Assembly: GCA_012295275.1 (NCBI GenBank)
Contig: CM022669.1
Location: 2,976,001-3,040,000, forward strand
Reading direction: 5' to 3'
DNA length: 64,000 nucleotides
Source of the DNA: Chrysomallon squamiferum
Taxonomy: Eukaryota; Animalia; Mollusca
Positions 14,040 through 27,800 of the stretch are shown piece by piece. Position 1 is the stretch's first letter, and each line of letters begins with the position of its first letter. Position numbers and translations under genes: made by a program. The notes below the pieces were generated by a model that was not told where the DNA came from, searched no databases, and worked only from the letters and a program-made list of their open reading frames with translations.

Positions 14040-15561
14040 GACACACAAACATTCAAACATACAGATATACTTACTTTCTGTTGAAGGTTCCGGTGGTGTT
14101 GTTTCCGGAGCCAAAGGCGTTGTCGTTGGAACAGCTGAATGAAAAATACATAATTATACTGGTAGCTAATAATCATTAAATGAGAACAACAATCGTAATT
14201 AAATAAATAAATCAATACGTAAACAAGTAAGTAAATAAATATTTTAATGAATTAACGTATTTCATTTCTCTGTTTCTCCAGCTGGATTCAAGTACTTGTA
14301 ATTGATATAGGTGAAAATTTAGTAAGCTTTAGGTTATTTTGTCACCCGTCATCTTTCTGTCTTTCTATAGTCCTCTTCCTTCCGCTCCCCCCACCCCAAA
14401 CTGTACAAGACAGGAAGCGTTACCTTCAACACTGAGTGTAATTCTGGCTCGCGCTGAAGGTGGTATTTTGTTTTTGGCTACACACATATACTCTCCACTG
14501 TCGCTAGGTGAAACATTCTCCAGTTTCAACTCTTCCCCCTGGGTTGTATATGCTGAAATAACAAACAGGATTATAACACAATTGTAAATATGAGGCAAAA
14601 AATCTTTTACAACTCGTTTCTATTTTAAAATATTTGACTACATTCGTATTGTATCTGTCAGCTTAAAAATAAGGCCACGCGAATCACGTGGATACCCTAT
14701 CTTGCGCATTTGACATAAAATAACTGAAGAGCTTTGGGTATCATACTAAAATGAAAATTCCAAAGTATCATTTTAGTGTTGGCTGAATTGTTAGCTTGGG
14801 CATTCAAATCACTCAGACAGTTGTGGAGTACAAAATTACAGTTCTGAAACCTGTGAAAACTGTCAGATTAAACGTTACGCACACATTTTGAACTTCCTGT
14901 TGTCTATCACAGTGCGGCGCTGCCAGGAGATGGTTGGAGTGGGAAAACCGGAGAACTGACAGCGGAGGGTTACAGAATCACCCTCCTTGGCGGTTACTTC
15001 CTTTCTGAAACTCTCCTTAACCATAGAAGGTGACCTTCTTGTCGGACCTGCAAATAGAAAGAAAATCAAAAAGTAAAAAGAATTTCATTAAAATGTATCT
15101 ATATACAAAAAACAAACTGAATACTGTTTTGTATACTTCTGTTTCATTTTAACTGAACTATCAGTAAGCCTTTGTAAATAATAAAGTGTAATAATGTTAA
15201 ACTCAGCTGTAGTGTTGATCAGTTGCAACGACAGGGTTTATTAAAATATCTCACCTGCATTCTTCAGTACTACAGTGTGCGTAAGGACTGGGTTCGTGTT
15301 CACTTGACAGGTGTAACGTCCAAAATCAGACTCACAAACCCTCTTGATCCGAAGACTCCAGTCTTCCCTGTTTGTGTGGATAACTCGCATTCGTCTGTTT
15401 CCGGAGAAAACCTTTTTTCGATACGTCAAAACGTCACCTTTGTCATCCATCCACACAACCTGAAATCAAAGAAAAACAAACAACCTAATAAATAAATCAA
15501 TAAATAAATAAATAAAAATAAAATATATATATAATTAATGGATTTAATGTGTAATTAAAGA

Positions 15562-15601
<40 letters not shown>

Positions 15602-15608
15602 AAATAAA

Positions 15609-15642
<34 letters not shown>

Positions 15643-15816
15643 GTACTAACGTTTAATTCTGTTCATAAAAGAAGCTACAGAACTACAGTATTACGCAAAT
15701 TGATGTAATAACCTCTTACTCTAAGTGAGTCGACTGTGTGATCTAGTTTTAACATATAAGTTTTTTTTAAATTATTATTCTTTTCTTTAAAACAGACATA
15801 TTAGCCTATAAAGTTC

Positions 15817-15891
<75 letters not shown>

Positions 15892-16922
15892 ATAGTTGTA
15901 GTAGTAGTAGTAGTAGTAAGTTTAGTAGTAACAGTAATAATGACAGTAGCAGCTGCTGAACTAACATTACTAGTGGTGAGATGTTTTGCTATTTTGTAAA
16001 GGTGGAAAATCCGCAGCAAATCTCAGTGAAAAAACAACAGACCACTTCCAGGTAAATATACATTTTTCTAATAAAATACATTTTTATTTATTAAAATGTG
16101 ATTTAAAATCTTGTCATAATTATAAAAGCTACAATGAATAAGCAGCATTTTGGAAGTGATGCTTATAATAATAGCAATTTATAAATAAATAAACAAATAA
16201 ATAAATAAATAACAACAGCAACAACAATAATAATAATAAACATAATAATAATAATAAAGAAATAATAAAACAAACAAATAAATAAATAAATAAAAATATA
16301 AAAAACCGTTCAAACGGATAAAATCATAGTAACATTATAATTTAGTTTTGCGACAAACAGAATGTTAAGAAAGTTAAAAATTAAACTAACTTTGTGATGT
16401 TTTATGTGCTTCACTTTACAAGGCAAGATCACTGTTTCTCCATAGTCTACACTGACTGAGTTTGGTTTCGACTCTATGTGGGTATCCGTGTTACCTGACG
16501 AAAAAGAGTTCATGATGTTTATATACTTAACAGAAGATTAGGGAGAGAGAGAGAGAAGAAGACAGAAAAGTGCAATAAATAAATATAAGACTAATATTAT
16601 TTTGATATGGATCCAACAGACTGCATAATAAGTAAATAAACACATAAAGACTATTTTAGACATAGTACCTGACATCATCAAGGAAATTCGTTACGAAATA
16701 GTTTCCCTCTCCTGTTAACTGACACTGGTACTCCCCAGAATCCCAGAGAGTCGGGTTTCTTATCGTCAGTGTCCATAATTCAGAGTCTTGGAAATGAGTC
16801 ACGTGGTATTTCTTTACTGGACTGAACTTTGTGATTCCCACTGATATTGGGACAGGATCCGAGAGTTTCCGCCATATCACCTACATGATAATAATACTGA
16901 TAACAACAACAACAACAACAAC

Positions 16923-16964
<42 letters not shown>

Positions 16965-17046
16965 TAATTATTATTATTATAATAATTATAATAATATGTC
17001 AATAGAGACAATAATAACAATGAAAACAAAATGCAAAAACACACAC

Positions 17047-17106
<60 letters not shown>

Positions 17107-17959
17107 ATGGAGAGAAGATGAGCTTTTATAATTATGTCAGGATTAAGGATCATTGACAAGAACTAAAAGAAACTGTTGATATAAAACATCAAAGAAATAA
17201 TTCAGTAAGATATTATAAATATCTGTATGAGTAAGAAAAGAAGTAATATTGAATTTAACAATAAATTTATCAGTAAAATAGAGTGTTAAAACGTAGTATT
17301 ATGTTCTAATATTTGTATCTGTTATGATTAATAAAACAGAGTGTTAAATAGTAGTATTACGTTCTAATATTTTTATCTGTTATGATCAGTAAAACACAGT
17401 ATTAAATAACGGCATTATGTTCTAATATTTGTATTTTTGGAAACCCTCCAAAGCAAAAAGAAAAACAAACAACAATTTACGAATGGCAGCAAGCAAGATA
17501 ATAAGATTAAGTTTGAGTACTTACAGTTCTTTTGTTTATGTTTTTAACATGACATCTGAGAACGACGTCATTGCCAGCAGTGTAGCTGATGTAAAGCGAG
17601 CTGGAACTGAGCTGGGGTTCGGGTAACAGACAAACCACTGTAGAAGCGTAAAATATAACAAATGTACAGTGTAACAGCTGGGCAAAACTGTTAAATGAAG
17701 ACAATAATCAGAAGGTTTAGTTAAAGCGAGGGGATAATTATTACTAAAATATTAAATCAATCAATGTAAAAAACCAAGAACAAAAAAACAAAAAAAAAAA
17801 AAAACACCAATTAAAAAAAAAAAATAACGTTTATAATCTTCCAAAATAAAATAAAATGTATTTTAAGAAAGTAAATCCTGGTAATATAATTCAAAGTAAA
17901 TGAAACTAACCTGAATGTTGCAGAAGAACACCTAAACCCACGAACAAAGCTGTAAGCAT
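13226..17959 (-). CDS. Putative secreted four-immunoglobulin-domain protein (lachesin/DIP/amalgam-like IgSF)
   Basis: Exons with GT-AG boundaries: 17959-17911 (signal-like MLTALFVGLGVLLQHS), 17637-17525 (GNDVVLRCHV), 16880-16669 (VIWRK..DSGEYQCQ), 16494-16391 (GETVILPCKV), 15459-15255 (VVWM..DFGRYTCQVNTNP), 15047-14883 (GDSVTLRC..GFPTPTISW), 14552-14424 (DSGEYMCVAKN), 14134-14075 (Pro/Thr linker), 13762-13475 (VYLTC..AHPRPSVYW..DYGEYECVSHN), 13242-13226 (QTFDN*). All phases fit except the 16669/16494 junction. Confidence 0.85.
17269..17436. repeat. 58-bp intronic minisatellite, ~3 copies
   Basis: The unit ATCAGTAAAAYAGAGTGTTAAA..GTAGTATTAYGTTCTAATATTT..ATCTGTTATG starts at 17269, 17327 and 17385. 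Confidence 0.85.
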
Positions 17960-18417
17960 CTTTCCTAAAGATGTGAATGAGAGCAAGTTGTAAAATCCAC
18001 AACACGTTAACCAGCAAGATGTAGGTGAAAACAGGAACTGAGCACCTTGATGTTTATGGCGATCTGTTTATTGCGGTTTGCAGGATTCTTGGCAGCCCGA
18101 GTGTTCCTGCCTCGTAGACATGTTACTCTTCAGACTGATTTATCGCCCGGGATGAACCCAGGAAAGAAATCAGAAAACTTCCAGCAGACTTTCCAGAGAT
18201 GCTGTCTCTTCGTGCCTATCACTGTATACACCACATGTGTGAAACATATTTGTTAATTAGAGCAGAAACAACAGTGAGTAGTTAATTACGAGAACCAACA
18301 AAGCATTCTTTTGATTGACACGGATCTGGAAACAAAGAAAACTACTGTGTAAAGTTATAGAGTTAAAAGTAAAGTGTGTATCTCCTTTACATCGTTAATA
18401 ACAACAACAACAACATC

Positions 18418-18467
<50 letters not shown>

Positions 18468-19610
18468 AGTTCGCATAAAGTGACAGTGATATAAATAAAT
18501 GAACAAACAAATAAGTGAAGCGTAAGAACAGAAATTATTGAGATCATTTAAAGAATTCACATCTACGGATTCAAAGAAACAGTATACGAGAGACAGAAAA
18601 CTCACACAAATACATATCTGAAATCTAGTGAGACGAAAGCAAGAAACATTATAATAAATAAATAAACAGAAGAAACCATCTTTACCTGCGAGTCATTTTG
18701 GTGAAGTATTTCCGGACTTGGCTCTCAAGAGAAAACCTGACGAGATGAATTCACACAGGATGGCCAGAAGTTCTCAAGTGTCTGTCTTCCTGACTGTTAT
18801 TTATAACTTCAGAATAACAATGTAACAAAGTGTCTACTGATGTACTAAATATAAGCTGGCTGCAGAAAAATAAGTGAATAATAATAATAATAATAATAAT
18901 AACAATAATAAAAAAAATAAGTAATAAACGAACAAATTAATAATAACACTGAGATACAAAGTAAAACTGAAAACATCGCTGAAAAAAAAAAAAAAAAATA
19001 ATAATAAAAAAAAAAAAAAAAAAAAAAAAAATAATAATAAATAAAAATAAAAACATAAAATAAAAATATACAACTCTTACCGGGCGTGTAAAACATCCCT
19101 ACTTGATTCATAGTTTCTCTTCTTCAGGAGGCAGGACTCTTCTAACTTATTTATTTATTTATGTTTATTTGTTTTGTTTTGTTTTGGGTTGTTTTGTTAT
19201 TTTTTAAAATATAAGTGTATAAATCTGAGAATTGTAAATACAGGGAAATAACAGAGGATGAAAAAGAATGCATTTCATTACCTGCGTAGGTGATAAGAAA
19301 AACAACAGTATATAGATTAACTTTTAACGTAGGACATAAATAAAACCAAATAGTCTCTAAATTGTCGAAATAATATCAATAAAATTTTTAATATTTCAGA
19401 AAAATCCATTATATTTTATAACATGTAAATAATTATATGATTTTAAAAATGCCAGTTTCATGGTGAGGCTGGATATTTCTAGCATTGTTACAAACGACAC
19501 AAATTTCCCTCTATTCACCAGTGGTTAGTCCATAACAAATGTTATTTCTTTAACCTTTCACACTGACTGGTCATGTAAAATAAAACTAGTGATAAAAAAT
19601 TTAAGAATAA

Positions 19611-19650
<40 letters not shown>

Positions 19651-20082
19651 ACCAAAATTGTTATCGGCCTTTTTCAATTGGCGCCGTTCTTAGTTGTTAT
19701 TCACATCTGATTTTTATTTTCAGTTTATTTTCATGGAATGATTCGTACAAGTGAAACCGATGAGCATTTCTGAGCAGTATATCCTTGTTAGTTCCGCTCA
19801 CGTGGTCAAGATGAACTGTTGTTTATACCTCAGTATTCAAACGAATTTATTTCATTATTTTTACGCCATATTCACTCTTACAATTCGAAGACAAACATTT
19901 CATGGAAATAGATTAAGATTATAACACACGAATAAGACATCTAACAACTGCAGTGAATGAAAAATACTTATGACCAGCAGTGGACTTACATTTTTGGGGC
20001 CCTAAAGCTTGTGGACTTTAACAATATTAACGCCTCCCTACCACAAAAACAACAGCAAATAAACAAAAAACAACAAAACAAT

Positions 20083-20119
<37 letters not shown>

Positions 20120-20267
20120 GCAAAAAACTAACAAACAACACAACCAAAGCAGTATATATACATTTTATATTTGCATGTAGCAGTCAAAAACAAGCCTGTC
20201 CTTTTTTCTTTGGATGCGTTTTACAGGTTAATTTAGGCATAAACGTGATGTCGTGTGTGTGTGTGTG

Positions 20268-20302
<35 letters not shown>

Positions 20303-22319
20303 TAGAGTTTATGAATGTTCATGTTTTTCTCTGATTATATTTGAACAATGAAGGATTAATACCAAAACATATGTGATATTAATTAAATTTACTAGATTAA
20401 AATTACAAATGTAAATTAATGCAACCAAAGATTATTTCCCAACATTTTCACATTTTTTGTAACTGCTCAATAGGTACATTCTGTTTAAAAACTATTCAAA
20501 ATATTTAATTTTAGTGGCTTCTATTTTTAAAAACATTGTTGTTGTCAATTTATTATTACTTTTATTTGCAATAGTACTAGTACAGTACTGGTAGTGTTAA
20601 CAGAAGTACAAATTTCATTATTTCTGAAAAAAAGAAAAATGATTCAACTTTTCTTCCTAATTTTACACTTTTTGTGACTTCTGCAATATGAAATATATAC
20701 AAAATAAATGTACATTTACTGATGATTAAAAAAAAAAAAAAAAAAAAAAGAAAGAAAAATAAAACAAACAACCCTAAACAAGCATATAGCAATCTTACGA
20801 AACTTATTTGTTTTAGGATGAAAAAAAAAAATTAAAAATTAAAAAACCCCAATACTTGATTTTATTTAAATAATATATATTTCTATTTATTAAATTTTTT
20901 TATGGCGCAAGGACAGCATTTAATTTTTATTTGCTTCACACAAGTAGAAAATTCATGTTTTGCATATAGTTAAGAACAAATTAACAGTACTATTAAAATA
21001 ATAAACATAGCAATGATGATAATGATATTTATTATTTTTCTTTTACTGCGTTTTTAAAATAAGAAGTTAAATATACATATATATATATTTAATAATAATA
21101 ATAATGATGATGAAAATAAAAGTAAAATTAGAAAGAACTATTTATTAAGCAAACAGCATAAATATATAAAAAGGAAGAGAATAGCACTGTTGGGTCAGTT
21201 GAAAATTTCCTGGATTTTGACTTGCTCCATTTTCTCATTAAAACGTACATAAACCTCTTGTGTCTCCATGGAAACAATACCCTGGGTTTTAAAGTTAGAA
21301 CATACAAGCCAAAATTTGTAAATGCTTTTAATTAAAACTGTTCAACATCTTTACATTAAAACTTTAAAAACCAATATTTATAACTTGTTATTTATCTTTT
21401 GTTGTTTGATTGCTGGTTTAGTTTATTTAACTTAGTCTACTTATTACTTTTGTGCCATTTCACAACACAAACCAACATGTCAATATGCAAGAGAATCATA
21501 GAATGTTGTTTCGTTTTCACCGTCACATTATTACAGTATGTTCTAAACACAATCATATTTGTTTCATACACACAAAAATTTATAACAGTTTTTAGTTTTT
21601 TTTAAATATTATCCTTTGGTATACAATATTGGAACTTTCAGGTAAAACTCTGTCCATTCACATAGCATCAAGTGTTTTTATTTTCCCATACATCTTGTTC
21701 ACAGATGTAAAATAATATCCTTTTCATGCTTTAGTTCTCACATTAATTTTATAACTATGCTAAATGAGAGCTGGGCAGTTCTCTGTGATGTGGAATATTG
21801 TAATGAAACAGCATAAACTGAAGAAAGGAGAAAACTCAAGATAAAAAGTTATTTTTTGTGATTTGATATATCATTGTTAGACAGCTCAGTATAAAATAAC
21901 ACAAATACTATTGTTTGTTATGTCGTAGATAAAGTTTAGCTACTGTTAGAGATTTTGTTAGAAATTTCAAATGTAAATCAGACTTGTAAAGTTCCACAGG
22001 AATGGCAGATACACTTTTGTTCAGAAAGATCTGCTAGCTATGTAGCCACTGCAAGTAAACACATTGTAAATCTGTTGTGATCAAGAAACTGTACTTTTGA
22101 TTTGTTAACAGTTGTAACTGACTTTATTTGTAATGAAGCTATTTTAAATCTGAAATGTACCTTTTTAAGGTGTTTAAGATTTTTAAGAACATTAACTGTA
22201 TAATTTACAAAAAGCACTAGTATTAATTTGCCCAGTCACATCTAGCTAGTTAAAACAGTGGTTTTCCAGTGTGTAACTATGTCAAGTGTAGTTATATCTA
22301 ACAAATCACAACATTCTTA

Positions 22320-22698
22320 TCACACAAGCTTGATTATAGGGTAGATTTTATGCAGACTAAAATCAAACTCTGGTGGATCCTGCAATTAAAAAAAACAAAA
22401 ATTATATAAATAGTGTGATGTGATTTAAAATGTCATAATAGAAAATTAAATTAAACAATAAAAATTACTTTTGACAGATATTTTGTAATAACAAGATTAA
22501 AAATATGTAATAAACAATATTGAATTTGTTTTAAGGAATAAACTGTTTCATATACTTAATGGAAGTTAATTTAAAATGAGTGAAAAACATCTTTAGTGAG
22601 CAGAGAGAAACCATACAACCTGTAACTAACACACTGGATTTATTAAGCATTGGATGTAGCCATAACAAAACACACAAGTATCCATATGGTAAATAATT

Positions 22699-22751
<53 letters not shown>

Positions 22752-24839
22752 GAGATGTTTTACTGAATGTTTCTCCTGATATGAAATTCAAATTTTTGTC
22801 TAAAACACTCACTGTAGAGTCTTTCTTGTGGCCACCTACAAGTAGTTTCATCACAACAAAATTAGTCTTTGATATTTTAATCAGCGTCTGAATCTGAAAC
22901 AGAATGAATGAATGTTTAGCAACAATATCTTACTTATTTATTTATATTATTATTATTATTTATTTATTTTTTGTTTTAGTAAACTCACATAGAAACATTA
23001 TATTTTATTGGTATAGAAATTAAAGAAAATTATTGGTTTCGTTAGTATGTGTATACCCAATCAGTTATTAACTCTAAACTGATATGGAACCATTATTACA
23101 TTTTGTAAAGTATCCCTAAATAAATAAAAAAATATAACAATAATAAAACAATCAGTATATGAATACATATTTAATGAAATATATATAACTGTCTATTTGT
23201 CTGTCTGTCTGTCTCATAAAATAATATGAAATTAGCAATGTAAGACAATGTTAACTATTTGCACTACCACTGATTTGCTATAACTCTTAAGACTCTATGT
23301 CCTGTTTTCTGGTTCTGTTTTCTTATCAAATGAATGTTGCACACAGCAATAACAAAGACCACTGTTACTGTGCAGTCAGGCCACATACATCAAGCACTGT
23401 ATGGTGACAAGTATCTGATTTCCAGATATTTCTTTTAGTTTAGAAATGGCCCAAGCCCAAAGGACTAACAAATGTGACAAACCTCATCATTTGGATAATT
23501 TAAACTTTCATACAGCTGTTTGGCTTGATGGAAGCATTTACAAGCAGCACTGTACATGTCTTCAGCTGTCGGCTGAGAATCGTATCGATGTAAATCAGAC
23601 ATTTCCTGAAAAAAATAATACATAAAATAAAATAAATAAATAAATAAAAATATAAAATTACAGTTAAATAACGAGAAAATAAATACACTGGGACTTAAAA
23701 CCTTATCTTAGGTCACAGTGGATATGATCTAAGCAAATTACAAAGTGTTCTGAAAACAATCCAAAAGAGCAAAGACATATTGTACAGCTGCTTAGTGCTT
23801 TAGTATTTTATATCTGCACAGGCATACTGAAATTAATATATAACTGAATGTAATTGTAGTCTCAAATCAGAATTTTGTAAGGCTATAATAACATACACGT
23901 TTCAGGAACAAAACAAACATACATAATGTATTTAATCATTTGAGACAAAACAGCATAATTATATCAAACAGGATGAATAATATCTTAACAACCTCTATTT
24001 AAATCTCAGCAATTAGATTTTATTTTTTGTATTCAATGTCATTTCTGCAATATAAAAAGAAACATTAATATAGATAATTATTGTTGATATTTGAGAACTT
24101 TAGTGATTTGAGTTTTAGTTTTTAACAATAGTGACAGAGTTCCAGTTATGAAATCATTTCTTATATACCAAATAATATTTGTATCATTCTAGTACTTATT
24201 TTATTATAGTTAAAATTGATGTCAAATAACAATACAGAGATCCGTAGTAAAGATGTCAAAGTGATCTATAGCTTATAATAATTAAATGAGAGGAATGAAC
24301 TGTCACAGGAAATGTGAAATGACATCTTACTTTGTACTGGCTGTAGTGGACCATGGGTGGAGTGACGACGTTGGTGAAGGGAGCAAACCGGTGGCAGTAT
24401 CGAACCTCTTCATTGTCGAACTCAAAGTTAGCCTGCTTTATTTTACCATCCAGCTGGAAGCCAAGGACAGCCTGGAAACAGAATTTTTATTATTATAAAT
24501 AACAGCTGGTTTATTTAATTTGGTCAGTAATGTGGATATAAAAATTATGAATCTTTGAAATTTGCATAATAATTCATGATGAATACTGAACAAAATGTTT
24601 GTTGCAGAAACAGGCGCGCGCACGCACGCACACATACGCACGCACGCACACACACATACATAGAGAACGAAAAAGAGAGAGACAAATGTATCTTGAAAAT
24701 ACCAAACACCTTATAGTATCCTCCAAACATCTGCTGCTGGGTCTGAGCAATAACGATTTCTTTACTGACAATCTTTGATCGCTTTTTCCTTCGATGATTC
24801 TTTTTATTATTTCTACTCTTTGTCTGTTGATCTGAAATA

Positions 24840-24881
<42 letters not shown>

Positions 24882-27800
24882 TTTTAAAAATCTAATAACA
24901 ATAAAAAAATAATCTATAAAATTGTAAAAAATAATTAAATGAATAAACAAATAAATAAATGAAATAAAAAATAATAAATTTTCAATAAATGAAATACTTT
25001 TTTTAATGTTAAAAAACACAACCTCCTGAAAAAACACCATCTTTATTATTTCTAAATCTGTATGTCAAGCAGATCAAATAATTTTTTTATATTTACATAA
25101 ACAACAATAACAACCTCAGAATGGAAAAACAAAAGAGAATCATAAATGGTCTACCTAACATGGTCTCATGATCGACAAGAAAGGTTTCTGCTCTGTGCAG
25201 TGTGGAAACCAGCCATGCATACAGCAGTTCATACAAATACCTGTACAACAAAGAACACTGTCACAAATGATGAATTTATAATTAGTTAATTTTTCATAGA
25301 AATAAATTTAAATAAAATTATATTTATAATCTTTAACAAAAATTGTGGAAACTAGTTACAAGGTAAAAAAATGAAACATGGAGACATTTGTATTAAATAT
25401 AATAAAAAAATAAAAAAAATAACACAGCTTATATTTAAAATCTGTGATGAATAAATAATAATAAATATTTATAAAAATTCCATTTATTATACTTAGGCAA
25501 AAATAAATCTATAAAAATCCATAACAGAGATTAAAATGTATTTATCCATAACAAAGATTAAATTATGTTCCATGAGTATAATGGATTATTGTTTTTGTTT
25601 TAAAATGAGAGAATATAACGAATAAACATTTGTTTAACAATATGTTATGATATTTTAATATTAATTATCTGCAAACATGTTTGTGGATTCTGAGAACTCT
25701 GCAAAACATCAGACCTTCATATTAACCAGTCAGACCTTCACGTTAACCAGTCAGACCTTCACATTAACCAGTCAGACCTTCACGTTAACCAGTCAGACCT
25801 TCACATTAAACAGTCAGACCTTCACGTTAACCAGTCAGACCTTCACGTTAACCAGTCAGACCTTCACATTAACCAGTCAGACCTTCACATTAACCAGTCA
25901 GACCTTCACATTAACCATTCAGACCTTCACATTAACCATTCAGACCTTCACATTAACCAGTCAGACCTTCACATTAACCAGTCAGGCCTACAGGACTAGA
26001 AGTAAAAATGTAGATTGTGTTCTTACCAGTATACATAGTGGTACTCATAGAGTGCATACAGCTCCAGCTCAAATCCAGACAACACATAGTTGATCATCAC
26101 TTGCAGTGTGTGGTAGAGAACCCACGTACCAAAACAGGCCAGGTGACTTCGGTTAGGTTCCAGCTTTATCAGCAAACTGTGCAGGTAAGAATCTGCTTTG
26201 TCAGCCTGTTAAAAACATTTCCAGGTCAAACATAATCACAACAATTACCATGGTAATTATCCCTTCACGTTAGACTGAAGGGTAATCAAAGTATGTAATA
26301 GTAACTGATTGTATATGTAGATGTATTTTGACATAACTTCTTACTGTTACTGAAATTGATAATTATCTGTTTTTTCCTGTAATCGGGTATCTACCAACCT
26401 GATAATCAGTATGGATAATTTTTTTTTTTTATATAACATAAAAGAGTAAAATTACATTATACTGCATTTTCATATAGTTATAACCAAGTTAAATCTACAA
26501 TCTTAATCCAGATAGATAATTGTAATCATAATCTGTATAGTCTATTACAAGCAAGCTTTGTTTTTGTAATTTTTCTTAGTTGTAACATCACCTCTTCTTG
26601 AAGTGTGGCAAAGTCTTCAAGGACGTGGGCCCACTTGTCTCTCTGTCGCGCTCGGTTGTGTCCTGTGATTTGAAACAGCACGCACACAGGACTGACAGCG
26701 TGTGTCAGCAGTGTGTCCACGTATTCCTTCGCCTGAGGGTTGTTATACAGTGAACACCTGAAACACCAAGACATTCACACTGGAGAACAAGTAGCATGAA
26801 AATAAAAATAATAATAAATAAACAAAAAAGGTTAAAGAAATAAAATCAAAACCAGATAAAACAGAAAAGAAGTGAGAATAAACAAAAATAATTTTTACAG
26901 AAGTAAATAATTACATTTCATTATATCAGTATCATAACATCATAAAACCTAATAAACATACTTATCTGTCAACAATTTCTTTTAAATTTTTATTTGTCTT
27001 TCTCAATACATCCCATACTATATCAACAAGTTAAAAACCTATAAAACTGTCATTGTTTTCTCTCTCTACAGCTGATTGATACAAATACTCACTTCTGTGC
27101 AAGAGCTGGGGGGGCCATAAAATTCCTAATGGTGTCTTTCATAAAGTCAACTACGTTGTGGCTGCCAAATACCCGACGATTAGGAGGTAGAAACGTTTGC
27201 TGGCAGAAAAGTAAACATTTCAATTTTAATATTTACATTTCTTTTTATAGATTTTGTTATTATTTTTCTATTACTATTTATTATTATTATTTATTTATTT
27301 ATTTATTATATATAGTAACGAAATAAAGAATTATTTGGAAGTATTTACTTTAAAGAAAAGTAAAAATTGCATGTGGTATTGATATTGCTTATTTATTTTA
27401 TTATCTTTTATTATTGCAAAAAACTCTGTCCATATATTTTATGGTAATAAAATAATAAATTAATCACAGACTAAATATAATTCCAAATTAATCAAATTTA
27501 AAGGAATAAAATATTTTTTTACTTTCCTGTGATTTTATGCTACAAGTTAAAAATTACATTAAATAACATACTTCTTATTTCCATATACTTCTAAATGACA
27601 AACCAAAATTGTTACATCAGTGTATATTTTTACCTGTAAAATGGATCGAGCTAAAACACACGGTGAAGACTTGCTAAATTCTGTAAAAACTTCCTGAAAA
27701 ATATTAACAGCATTAACTTAAGACATTTATAGTCATATTAGCCAATATATGTACCTTTAAATCTGTAATGGAAACAGGCATGATATAAGTGTAATTCTAT

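Noticed and set aside
19975-20030. MITE-end-like CAGCAGTGGACTTACATTTTTGGGGCCCTAAAGC
   Set aside because: No matching inverted end or TSD was found.
23330-23425. Two hairpins followed by ACA in a NAA35 intron (H/ACA-like)
   Set aside because: No ANANNA hinge box between the hairpins.
25677-26093. (TLTSQTF)n repeat ORF that could be mistaken for an antifreeze-like protein or a CRISPR array
   Set aside because: It is a 21-bp minisatellite antisense in a NAA35 intron, with no unique spacers and no splice or promoter support.
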